26,497 nt of DNA, taken from NCBI GenBank assembly GCA_051959855.1, contig JBQCEX010000109.1:1-26497 (forward strand), read 5' to 3'. This DNA is from Flavipsychrobacter sp. Lineage in GTDB: Bacteria; Bacteroidota; Bacteroidia; Chitinophagales; Chitinophagaceae. This document shows positions 15,195-25,000 of this stretch, piece by piece. The notes beneath the pieces are model-generated. The model was not told the DNA's origin, ran no database searches, and worked only from the letters and a program-made list of their open reading frames with translations. Both the position numbers and the translations under genes were made by a program. Each line of letters opens with the position of its first letter. The first letter of the stretch is position 1.

Positions 15195-15824
15195 ATGAAA
15201 TATATACTACTGCTATTGTTGCTGTCATTGTGGGGCTATGGGCAGCAAAATGCCGAGGTGCCTGCTTTCTCGCGTACAGTGGCAATACAAGGTACGCATG
15301 GGAAGCGTGTTTTTTCTACTGCCATTGTTTACTGTAAGAAAAACACGAACAGGTTTTATGTGGCCAATAATGAGGCAGCGGAACATGCGCCCCTGCTGAA
15401 GCGGAAAACCCTGGGTGAAACCAAAAGGGAAGCCTTACTGGGCTATGAAAGCAGTGACAGGGATGAACAGCAAGTGATGGCTGATGCACTGATAGTATAT
15501 GAAACAACAGGCGATAATAAATGCATGCAGCTACTGGCCATAAGCTGTGATGTGCGCATAGACTGCAAGTCCGGCGGTGCAGAAGTGCGATTGCAAAACC
15601 TGAGATATCATCATTTGACCAGGAATAAACCTGCCACATTAGTGCCAATCAACAATGGTGATAAAGCTATAGAAAGTGTGGGCAATTACAGTGATTTGCA
15701 GCGCAGCAATATTTGTCCTGAAGAGCTGGCTGCCATTGATAAGTTCGTAAAGACTTCAGCCAACAAGATATTGGATAATATAGCAGCAGGAATAGGTGGC
15801 AACCTGAAAGAAGTGGACTGGTAA
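15195..15824 (+). CDS. Secreted protein, DUF4468-like, paralog B
   Basis: MKYILLLLLLSLWGYGQQ signal; CMQLLAISCDVRIDC...VRLQNLRY...CPEE...KEVDW aligns with paralog A. Confidence 0.65.
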   Translation: MKYILLLLLLSLWGYGQQNAEVPAFSRTVAIQGTHGKRVFSTAIVYCKKNTNRFYVANNEAAEHAPLLKRKTLGETKREALLGYESSDRDEQQVMADALIVYETTGDNKCMQLLAISCDVRIDCKSGGAEVRLQNLRYHHLTRNKPATLVPINNGDKAIESVGNYSDLQRSNICPEELAAIDKFVKTSANKILDNIAAGIGGNLKEVDW

Positions 15825-15825
15825 A

Positions 15826-17463
15826 TTATTTGCCCAAACTATTTTCTTTACGGATCACTTCCTTCACGGCTTTGTCCAGCTCCTGAGTAATGCTTGCTAT
15901 GCCTTCTATTACTACCTTATTGGTGGGGTCAGTGAGATCATCATAATTGAATAACTGAACCAGGCCGAGAATGGACGCCACCGGGCCGCGCACATCATGC
16001 GCCTGCATATGTGATATTTCTTTCAGTACCTGCGATTGCTTTTTAATATGCTCTACCTGCTCGCGGATCATTTGCTGCTGCTGCCTTTTTTCGCGGGTGA
16101 GCATGCGGTTTCTTTTACTGTGCCTGCGCAAACTGCGCAATATAAATGCAATAAAGCATAATAGCAGTCCAATACTGATGATATAAATAACACGTTCTTC
16201 CTGTTTCTGTTTTTCTTTCAGCTTGCTTATTTGCAGTTCTTTGTCCTTTATGGTAAGAGCTTCATCTTTAATATCGAGTTGTCGTTTGTTTTCCAGCTCG
16301 GCAAGCTTGAGATTATTCTCGATAGAGAAAACAGAATCTTTTAAAGTAGTATATTCTTTAAGGCTGGTATATGCCTGCTGATAATTGCCTGATAAAAAGC
16401 TTGCGTTTGCGATATACTCGCTGAACTCGATAAGCGGACTTACAAAGTTGGTTGAACGACAGATAGCAGCAGCTTTTTGAAGATATTGTATGGCCTGTTG
16501 CAGGGCTGCCTGCTTACGAACGGCGGAAAGAGCCGGCAGCGTAGTATCTGTTGCCATGCTAAAATAAGCCTCACCGATATTGCCGAGATTAATGGCTATA
16601 CTATTCTGGTTGTTCACTTTTTTGCTCACATCCAGGGCTAATTGCAGATAATGAATAGCACTATCGTAACGGTGCATGTGTGTGTACACGTAGCCGATAT
16701 TGGACAAGTTTATCTGCACTGCATAGTATGAACCAAACTGTTTGTTGATGCCTAAAGCAAGCTTGTGATGTTCGAGCGCTTTAATATAATTACCATTTGC
16801 GTCTTCTATGATACCTATGTTGCCCAGGCAGCGTGCAATGCCAGGTTTATTGTTGGCCTGCTTATACAGATCGAGCGCCTTGTGATAATATTCCGCTGTT
16901 TTTTTATAATCCTTTTGTTCGAGATAAATAGAGCCGATATTCTCATTGATGATAGCCATATTAGCCAGCACATGTGCGGTCTCATAAATTTTTAAAGCTC
17001 TGAAATTGTATTCGAGCGCCTCAGTGTATTTACCTAAAGACATGTAGGCTAATGCAAGATTGGAAGCGGTGGCTGCGATATCTGTCTGGTTATGCAGGGT
17101 TTGAAAAATCTGTAATGCTTTCAGCTCATGCTCAATTGCTTTGTTATGATCTGCGCGATTATGATAATTGGCACCAAGATCGGCATTTGCGAGGGCTATA
17201 CCTTTTTGCCAATGCAACTGCTCGGCAAGCTGCAAGGTTTGGGTGGCATATTGTAAGCCTGTATCTGTATTGATATTGGCGTAAATGAAAGCAAGCTGCT
17301 CCAGCAATTTAGCCTTATTGGTATCGGGGGACGCATGACTGAGCTCTCGTTTAAGAGAGTCTGTAATAGCAAGCTGAGACTTCTGTGCATTACCCAAAAG
17401 CGGCAACAACAGCAATAAAAAAAGGAAAGGGTTCTTCAATAGACAACTAAAATTTTTGAACAA
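15826..17463 (-). CDS. Periplasmic TPR-repeat sensor with one TM helix and a terminal HisKA (DHp) domain, lacking HATPase_c
   Basis: Signal peptide, multiple TPR helices (A...NLG..Y...G.Y..A......AL.I), TM VIYIISIGLLLCFIAFIL, coiled coil, H-box SHMQAHDVRGPVASILGL, stop ~45 aa later. The exact start is uncertain (TTG 17463 or 17439). Confidence 0.8.
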   Translation of the reverse strand: MFKNFSCLLKNPFLFLLLLLPLLGNAQKSQLAITDSLKRELSHASPDTNKAKLLEQLAFIYANINTDTGLQYATQTLQLAEQLHWQKGIALANADLGANYHNRADHNKAIEHELKALQIFQTLHNQTDIAATASNLALAYMSLGKYTEALEYNFRALKIYETAHVLANMAIINENIGSIYLEQKDYKKTAEYYHKALDLYKQANNKPGIARCLGNIGIIEDANGNYIKALEHHKLALGINKQFGSYYAVQINLSNIGYVYTHMHRYDSAIHYLQLALDVSKKVNNQNSIAINLGNIGEAYFSMATDTTLPALSAVRKQAALQQAIQYLQKAAAICRSTNFVSPLIEFSEYIANASFLSGNYQQAYTSLKEYTTLKDSVFSIENNLKLAELENKRQLDIKDEALTIKDKELQISKLKEKQKQEERVIYIISIGLLLCFIAFILRSLRRHSKRNRMLTREKRQQQQMIREQVEHIKKQSQVLKEISHMQAHDVRGPVASILGLVQLFNYDDLTDPTNKVVIEGIASITQELDKAVKEVIRKENSLGK

Positions 17464-17548
17464 TATAGTAAATAATGCTTGCAGCAGGAAATAAATGCAG
17501 GTCTAATGACCCCTAAAGGGGACGAGAACAGATGAGAATAAGAATCAT

Positions 17549-17556
17549 TATATTTG
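17549..17556 (+). promoter_or_regulatory. Sigma-A -7 box (TATATTTG) for the beta-barrel gene
   Basis: Exact match; it lies inside the longer ORF-track frame, which supports the 17580 start. Confidence 0.45.
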
Positions 17557-17579
17557 TTTTATACCTAACAACCGCCCTT

Positions 17580-18266
17580 ATGTTACCAATAAGCCGCATT
17601 GCATTCATTTGTCTTTTACTATTCCTGCCATTTATCGTAAACGCGCATGTAACATCGTTGAAACAACAGGGTGACACAATGAAACATAAGAAACAATCAT
17701 TTATTAAAAATTGCGAGGTAGGGATAGGTATTGGCCTTAGTTCTAATACAATACCTGGAAACACGGGTTATAAGCACAAAGAAGAAAAGGTGGCAGCCAT
17801 AAGACTGGCAAAGAGTATAGGGCAGCACTACCAGGCAGGTGTGGAACTGAGCTTCGTGAATATGGGCTATGCACAGGCAGGAACCATAAACGCGTGGAGA
17901 GGGTTGAGCGTGGTATATACCGAGCGTATATATGGAAAGCCGACTATACCCCTGTGTCTATTTGGGAACTATATGTTTCATGTTGGGTACTCTACTTTTT
18001 ATGCAGGAGTTGCTGCAGGCTATATGTGGACCGTTCTTAACTATAGCGCCGAACAGGTAAAGACGGAAAATAATGCATCGAGCTTTGTGATAGGAGGGCA
18101 GGTGGGTTATCAATATCTGCTGGGAAAACATTTTTCACTAGCAGCAGTTGCCAGTCTGCGGTACTGCAATTTGCAGACCCTGCATGAGAATAATACTTAT
18201 AAGGCGACCTCTATTTTTTATTACCCGATAACAGTGGGGGCGAGCTACCTGTTAGGCAGGAAGTAG
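17580..18266 (+). CDS. Outer-membrane beta-barrel protein
   Basis: Signal peptide ending VNA; alternating amphipathic strands (EVGIGIGL, FYAGVAAGY, IGGQVGYQY); terminal strand ITVGASYLL. Confidence 0.7.
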   Translation: MLPISRIAFICLLLFLPFIVNAHVTSLKQQGDTMKHKKQSFIKNCEVGIGIGLSSNTIPGNTGYKHKEEKVAAIRLAKSIGQHYQAGVELSFVNMGYAQAGTINAWRGLSVVYTERIYGKPTIPLCLFGNYMFHVGYSTFYAGVAAGYMWTVLNYSAEQVKTENNASSFVIGGQVGYQYLLGKHFSLAAVASLRYCNLQTLHENNTYKATSIFYYPITVGASYLLGRK

Positions 18267-18323
18267 ATAATGTGCTATTATTGTAGGACTGAACATTTTA
18301 TACAAATTACAAAAGTCCGATTC

Positions 18324-19001
18324 GTGAAATATAGTATCATACTCTTCTTTGGATTATTTATTGCCGTGCTGCAATGTAAAGCTCAAAAAGATAAATGTGC
18401 GCCATGCGGGGAGTGGAGAAGAAAAGTGAAGGTGCTGCTGGATTTTGAATTTGATGAGCTGATAGAAAGAAAGGCAGCTATGCCCACCACAGTACACAGC
18501 ATGGCACATGAGGCGCCACCCGATACGCTACGGCCCGGGATGCCCTATGCTGAAAGAGGAAGATATGTGGATGAGAGCAATGTAGTGATGGTAGACGCTA
18601 ACATACTGCGCTACAAAATAGACAAGAACGACCAGGATATAGACATAGTGCTGCAAGACCCTAAGACAAAGGAAACGATGGTGGCACGTATACCGCAGCC
18701 CTGCTGTGAAGACCTCGCGCGCAACACAGCATTGCAAGACAGATATAAGCTAATAAGAACCTGGTTTATAGACAGTGTGGCACATGGCAAAATATCGAAC
18801 AAATTTAGAAAGGCACCAAAGAACACACCTTACAGAGTAGTGGGCGTGCCGTTCTGGGATGCATTTGATGATGCTGAACGAGGAAAGGGCGGCGCTGCAC
18901 CTAACTTTCGGTCCATACACCCTGTGCTGGATTTTGTGACCTCTTATGGCAGTGTAGTGCATCCTGTGAAGAAGCAGGCAATACGGCGGGTGATACAGTA
19001 A
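18324..19001 (+). CDS. Secreted hypothetical protein, possible OB-fold-like family
   Basis: GTG start with signal MKYSIILFFGLFIAVLQCKAQ; motifs CGEWRRKVK, DQDIDIVLQD, TMVARIPQPC, VVGVPFWD, GAAPNFRSIHPV. Confidence 0.6.
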   Translation: MKYSIILFFGLFIAVLQCKAQKDKCAPCGEWRRKVKVLLDFEFDELIERKAAMPTTVHSMAHEAPPDTLRPGMPYAERGRYVDESNVVMVDANILRYKIDKNDQDIDIVLQDPKTKETMVARIPQPCCEDLARNTALQDRYKLIRTWFIDSVAHGKISNKFRKAPKNTPYRVVGVPFWDAFDDAERGKGGAAPNFRSIHPVLDFVTSYGSVVHPVKKQAIRRVIQ

Positions 19002-19073
19002 GTGGCGTTCTACGCTATAATACTACCACGAAGTGTCATTATTCATTACTTTTATGCTCTCTTTTAAAGCATT

Positions 19074-19502
19074 ATGAGCGATAATATGAAACGCCCGATA
19101 AGGGTGCTGGTGGCAAAAGTGGGCCTGGACGGACATGACCGCGGAGCCAAGGTGGTAGCTACGGCGCTACGCGATGCAGGTATGGAAGTAATATATACCG
19201 GCCTGAGACAAACCCCTGAGATGGTGGTAAATACAGCATTGCAGGAAGATGTGGACGCGATAGGCATCAGCATACTAAGTGGTGCGCACATGACCGTATT
19301 TCCTAAGATAGTGGAGCTGATGAAGGCTAAAGGGCTGGATAATGTGTTGCTGACAGGCGGTGGTATTATACCGGAAGAAGATATGCAGCAACTGTACAAG
19401 CTGGGTGTGGGTAAACTGTTTGCACCGAGTGCTCCCACTACAGATATAGCAGAATATATAGAACATTGGACAATAGAGCATCGCGGTGAACTATTTAACT
19501 AA
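19074..19502 (+). CDS. Stand-alone cobalamin-binding domain (methylmalonyl-CoA mutase small-subunit/C-terminal type)
   Basis: [19 protein letters not shown] (DxHxxG base-off/His-on motif), [25 protein letters not shown]. Confidence 0.92.
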   Translation: MSDNMKRPIRVLVAKVGLDGHDRGAKVVATALRDAGMEVIYTGLRQTPEMVVNTALQEDVDAIGISILSGAHMTVFPKIVELMKAKGLDNVLLTGGGIIPEEDMQQLYKLGVGKLFAPSAPTTDIAEYIEHWTIEHRGELFN

Positions 19503-19526
19503 ATAAAACCATAGAAATAAGCATAC

Positions 19527-20306
19527 ATGTACCAGACAATACTGACCTCACTGGAGAATGGAACGATGGTGATCACCATTAACCGCCCGGATAAAATGAA
19601 TGCACTGAACAAAGATGTGATAGAAGAGCTGGGCAAAGCACTGGATGAAGTATATAACAACGCAGCCATAAAAGCAGCAATAATAACAGGGGCAGGTGAG
19701 AAAGCATTTGTAGCCGGCGCTGATATATCTGAATTCTCAGCACTGAACGTAGACGGCGGCATGGCGTTGGCGGCTAAAGGTGCCAAGCTGGTATTTGACA
19801 AAATAGAAAATGCGCCAAAGCCTATAGTAGCTGCGGTAAATGGCTTTGCGCTGGGTGGTGGTTGTGAGCTGGCTATGGCCTGCCATTTCCGTATAGCGAG
19901 TGAAAACGCAAAATTCGGTCAGCCGGAAGTGAACCTGGGGCTGATACCGGGCTATGGCGGTACGCAACGCATGACGCAACTGATAGGTAAAGGCAAGGCT
20001 ATGGAACTGATGATGACCGGTGATATGATACCTGCAGACGAAGCAAAGGCACTGGGCCTTGTGAACCACGTAGTTCCGCAGGCAGAGCTAATGGCAAAAA
20101 CCAGGGAAATAGTGCAAAAAATACAGGGGAAAGCGCCAATTGCGGTATCAAAAATAATTTTATGTGTGAATGAGGCCGCAAGGGGTGAAAATGAAGGTTT
20201 TGCCAATGAAATCAAGCGTTTCGGGGAGTGTTTTGCTACTGAAGATATGGTGGAAGGGACTACCGCGTTCTTAGAAAAAAGAAAAGCTATTTTTAAAGGA
20301 AAATAA
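19527..20306 (+). CDS. Enoyl-CoA hydratase/isomerase (crotonase family)
   Basis: INRPDKMNAL, AFVAGADI, AVNGFALGGGCELAMACH, FGQPEVNLGLIPGYGGTQR with both catalytic Glu residues. Confidence 0.93.
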   Translation: MYQTILTSLENGTMVITINRPDKMNALNKDVIEELGKALDEVYNNAAIKAAIITGAGEKAFVAGADISEFSALNVDGGMALAAKGAKLVFDKIENAPKPIVAAVNGFALGGGCELAMACHFRIASENAKFGQPEVNLGLIPGYGGTQRMTQLIGKGKAMELMMTGDMIPADEAKALGLVNHVVPQAELMAKTREIVQKIQGKAPIAVSKIILCVNEAARGENEGFANEIKRFGECFATEDMVEGTTAFLEKRKAIFKGK

Positions 20307-20338
20307 TTTTTATATCTTCAACGCTAAATTTTACCTAC

Positions 20339-21304
20339 ATGCGTATTAGAGTTACCCGCGCAATAGTTGCTTTGTTGTCCTTACTGGCAGTAGCACCCTC
20401 TGCAAAAGCGCAGGATGCTGCCAACGTAGAACCTCATGGTTTTTCTTTCGGAATGAAATTCGGAATGTCTGACCTGTGGGGCGATGTAGGTACACAAACT
20501 GTTGTAGACCACTATACGAACAATAAGTATTGGGATAAGCCACAATTCATGGGTGGTCTGTTTTTCCGCTACAGCGTTCATCCTGCATTTAATATCAGGT
20601 TGAATTTCAACTATGGAACATTGTTTGCTACGGATGAGTGGAACACGCAGAAAGCCAAGAAAGCAAGCAACGACCAGAGCGACTATGTGCAACGCTATAC
20701 CCGCTTTGCGGATATACACGACAATGTGTGGGAAGGTAGCCTGACCTTTGAAATAGATCCGCTGCGATTGGGTAGCTACACTAGCAGAGGCGCACGCAGA
20801 GCAGGGCAGCCGTATTTGTTAGCGGGTATCGGTTATTTTCACTTCCAGCCATATGCAACTTATACAAACAAAGAAACTAAAGTATCGCAGTTAGTAAATA
20901 TTTATGACCTGCACCTGGAAGGCGATGGATGGAACATTCCTAACGCGCCTGCCCGCTACAGCCTGTGGCAAATGGAAATACCGCTGGGCGTAGGATATAA
21001 AATTGATATTGGCGAGCACCTGAACATAGGTCTGGAATATGAATACCGTATGACCATGACTGACTACCTGGACGGCGTGAGCAATACGTACATTGATCCT
21101 AAGTACTTTGATATGAACCTGACACCTGATAAAGCTGCCATTGCAAAAGATATGTATGACAGAACATGGGTGAACGGCATCAACAAAAATGGCATACCTG
21201 CAGGCACACCAAGAGGTAATCCGTCAGTAAATGACTCTTACTCTACTATTTCGCTGGTTTTCTTCTGGAAATTCAAGACACGTGAAGGCAACTGGTGGGA
21301 ATAA
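20339..21304 (+). CDS. DUF6089-family outer-membrane beta-barrel protein (PorG-like)
   Basis: Signal peptide; GMSDLWGDVG, PYLLAGIGYFHFQP, IPLGVGYK, YRMTMTDYLDGVS, RGNPSVNDSY. Confidence 0.75.
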   Translation: MRIRVTRAIVALLSLLAVAPSAKAQDAANVEPHGFSFGMKFGMSDLWGDVGTQTVVDHYTNNKYWDKPQFMGGLFFRYSVHPAFNIRLNFNYGTLFATDEWNTQKAKKASNDQSDYVQRYTRFADIHDNVWEGSLTFEIDPLRLGSYTSRGARRAGQPYLLAGIGYFHFQPYATYTNKETKVSQLVNIYDLHLEGDGWNIPNAPARYSLWQMEIPLGVGYKIDIGEHLNIGLEYEYRMTMTDYLDGVSNTYIDPKYFDMNLTPDKAAIAKDMYDRTWVNGINKNGIPAGTPRGNPSVNDSYSTISLVFFWKFKTREGNWWE

Positions 21305-21330
21305 ATAAGAAAATAATATTATGATAATAC

Positions 21331-21357
21331 AGAGCGGTACTTGATACCGCTCTTTTT
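21331..21357 (+). terminator. Intrinsic terminator after the DUF6089 gene
   Basis: AGAGCGGTA-cttga-TACCGCTCT followed by TTTT. Confidence 0.8.
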
Positions 21358-21454
21358 ATATGAAGCCGACAGATATATGAAAGGATTAGTACGCAGAGAA
21401 ATGCTGAAAGTCAGAATAAAGCGCTATTTTCAATCCCCAACTTTATAAGCGAAT

Positions 21455-22030
21455 ATGTTTGCATATCTTGAAGGAGCACTTACTTATAAGTCTCCGTCAT
21501 TACTATACATGTCTGTAAACGGTGTAGGTTATGAGCTGCAGATAACCCTGCAGACCTATAGCAAGATACAGCAGAAAGAGAGCTGCCGGCTGTACACGCA
21601 CCTGCAGATACGCGAGGATGCGTGGGTATTATATGGTTTTGCAGATGAGCAGGAACGATTGACCTTCAGACAGTTATTAGCCATAAGCGGTGTAGGGGCT
21701 GCAACAGCCAGGATCATACTTTCGTCGCTCACGCCGGAAGAGCTTGCGAGAGCTATAGCAAGTGAAGATGCCCGCACATTAGAAAAAATAAAAGGTATTG
21801 GAGCAAAAACTGCCCAGCGCATCATATTGGAACTGAAAGGCAAGCTTTTTGGGGCAAAAAGTGCTGATTTACTGCATGTAGTGCACAATACAACGGAAGA
21901 AGATGCGTTAATTGCATTAGTGAATCTTGGTATCAGCCGGGCGGTAGCCGAATCAGCCATTAAGAAAATTGGTAATACCTCTTCCCTTACTGTGGAAGAA
22001 TTAATAAAACAGGCGCTACGTGTGTTGTAA
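21455..22030 (+). CDS. ruvA: Holliday junction branch migration protein RuvA
   Basis: VNGVGYEL, LYTHLQIREDA..LYGF, LLAISGVGAATA, LEKIKGIGAKTAQRIILELKGK, ALIALVNLG...EELIKQAL. Confidence 0.96.
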   Translation: MFAYLEGALTYKSPSLLYMSVNGVGYELQITLQTYSKIQQKESCRLYTHLQIREDAWVLYGFADEQERLTFRQLLAISGVGAATARIILSSLTPEELARAIASEDARTLEKIKGIGAKTAQRIILELKGKLFGAKSADLLHVVHNTTEEDALIALVNLGISRAVAESAIKKIGNTSSLTVEELIKQALRVL

Positions 22031-22048
22031 ACACAAACCAGAATAAGT

Positions 22049-25000
22049 GTGAAGGGTAAAAGTAACTTTGGATATAAAATATTAGTTTTTATAGCGCTGG
22101 TAGTGGCTATAGCGCATGCTGCTGCCCGCGAGCGCAAGCCGTTTGATTATGATGATCCCGATCCGGACCCGCAAACGGACAGTCCTGCAACGGCAGGCAA
22201 CAAACCGGTGGACAGTGCCCACCTGCTGCGATTTCCCCTAAAAGATAAACTGAACAGCCCTCTGCCAGACAATCAACCATCGGGCATGGACCTGCAGGAC
22301 CCGCCGAATATAAAGCAAACGGTGACTTATGACCCTGATAGCCAGCAATATTACTTCAACAATAAGATAGGCGATGACTACCTGCATGAGCCTACCTCCA
22401 TGACCCTGGACGAGTATATGAGATACCAGGGCGCTAAAGATGAGCAAAGCTACTGGCAACGCAGACTGGATGCGCTGACGCTTTTTAATAAAAAGCCTGA
22501 ACTGCCGCAGATGTACAAAGAAGGCATCTTCGATCGCATATTTGGCGGCAGTAACGTATCAGTAAAGCCACAAGGTAATGTGGATGTAACCTTTGGCGGT
22601 AACTGGCAGAATATAAAGAACCCGACCCTGGTGCAACGCGCTCAGAAATATGGCATCTTCAACTTTGACATGCAGATGAACATAAACCTGGTAGCGACGG
22701 TGGGGGATAAGCTGAAACTGAACATAGCTCAGAACACTAAGGCAACTTTTGACTACCAGAATATGCAAAAGCTGGAGTATACAGGTAAGGAAGATGAAAT
22801 AATAAAGAAGGTTGAGGCAGGTAATATAAGTTTCCCTTTGAAGAGCAGCTTGATAACAGGTGTACAATCACTATTCGGGCTGAAGACGCAGTTACAATTT
22901 GGTAAGCTATGGATAACAGCAGCAATAGCCCAGCAGAAATCTCAGCGTAAGAGCCTCACCATACAAGGAGGATCACAAACGCAGCAGATAGCTATAAAAG
23001 CAGATGCCTATGAAGAGAATAAGAACTTTTTGCTGGCACAGTACTTCCACGATAACTATAACAATGCACTGAAAGATTACCCGCTCATCAACTCGCTGGT
23101 AACGATCAATAAAATTGAAGTCTGGATAACTAACCGCACAGGTACTACCACTGGTGTAAGAAGTGTGGCCAGCTTTATGGACCTAGGTGAACATAATCCA
23201 TACCAAACCAAATTTCTGGATGGGTCTGGTCCTGTGTTACCAGACAACAGGTCGAACCAGCTATATAAAGACCTAAGTGATCCAGCAGCCCGAGGTACTG
23301 ACATACACTCATTTTTGAGTAACAGGCTAAACTTGCAAGAAGGACCAGACTATTGGATAACTACCTCACGCCAGCTAGCACCTTCAGAATTTACTTTTAA
23401 TCCGCAATTGGGTTATATCTCATTGAATACGCAACTAAACCCTGATGATGTGCTAGGTGTGGCATATCGATATACTTATAAAGGCCAGGTATACCAGGTG
23501 GGTGAATTTGCTGAAGATCTGCCACCTGATACTACCAACTCGAGAGTGCTGTTCTTGAAAATGCTAAAAAGTAAATCGAACACACCAACACTGCCTATAT
23601 GGCAACTGATGATGAAAAACATCTACGCGCTGGGTGGCCTGGGTGTGACGAAAGACAACTTTGTGCTAAACGTAATGTACCAGGACCCGGGAGGTAGTGA
23701 AAAACGCTATCTGCCGGAAGGGCCGCAGGCAGGCGTACCACTGATATCATTGCTGAACCTGGATAAACTAAACTCCCAGAACCTGCCACAACCCGATGGT
23801 ATTTTTGACTTTGTAGACGGTATAACCATTAATACGCAACAGGGGAAGATAATCTTCCCGGTACTGGAGCCATTTGGTAAGGACCTGGCACCCGCATTAG
23901 GAGGTGATAAAACACTGCAGAAAAAATATTTGTACCAGGTGCTATATGACTCCACCCGGACAATAGCCCTGCAGTTTCAACAAAACGACAGGTATATACT
24001 GAGAGGCTCTTACAAGTCGTCATCGTCATCTGAACTGTTCCTGGGTGGCTTTAATATACCGCAGGGGTCAGTAACCGTGACAGCTGGTGGTACAAGACTG
24101 GTGGAAGGAACAGACTACCAGATAGACTATGGCCTTGGGCGCCTACGAATATTGAATACAGGTATCCTTAATTCCGGCATTCCCATAAACGTACAATATG
24201 AAGATAACAGCACCTTTGGTTTCCAGCAGCAAAACTTTATGGGTGCGCGATTTGACTATTACCTGAACAAGAAGCTGACGCTGGGCGGTACCTTCATGAG
24301 GCTGACGGAAAGGCCATTTACCCAAAAAGTAACTTTTGGTGACGATCCGATCAGAAACACTATGCTGGGCATAGATGCCAACTACCAATCTGAATTCCCG
24401 GCATTGACAAAAGCATTAGACAAGCTGCCTGTTTATTCTACCTCTACGCCATCATTCATCAACGCGAGCGGTGAAGTGGCAAGCTTGCTACCGGGACATG
24501 CAAAGCAAATAAATGCACTGGATAAAGAGGGATCGGTATATATAGATGACTTTGAAGGAACCACCAGCACTTATGACCTGAAGCTGCCTGCCATATCATG
24601 GACACTAGCTTCTACACCTGTAGATGCAAGGAACAGGGCAGGAACCTTACTATTTCCTGAGGCTACGCAGGATAATCAGCTAACTTATGGCATGAACAGG
24701 GCGCTATTGGCCTGGTACTTTATAGAACCAACGCTGGAAGATGCTACTGCGGGCATACCGGCTTATGTAAAAAATGATTCGAACCAACACTATGTAAGGT
24801 TAGTGCAACAGATAGATGTGTTTCCACAAAGAACAGTAACCTCACTGCAAAATGCGCTTAGTACACTTGATGTAGCATTTTATCCGAAGCAGAGAGGGCC
24901 CTACAACTTTGATGCAACCAATATAGATCCGAGTACAGGGGAACTGCTAAATCCGCAAAGCCGCTGGGGTGGCATTATGCGACCGCTGGATAATACTGAC

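Noticed and set aside
17510-17521. CCCC-taaa-GGGG mini-hairpin resembling the repeat's C/G-rich stem
   Set aside because: A 4-bp stem is too short to be distinguished from chance.
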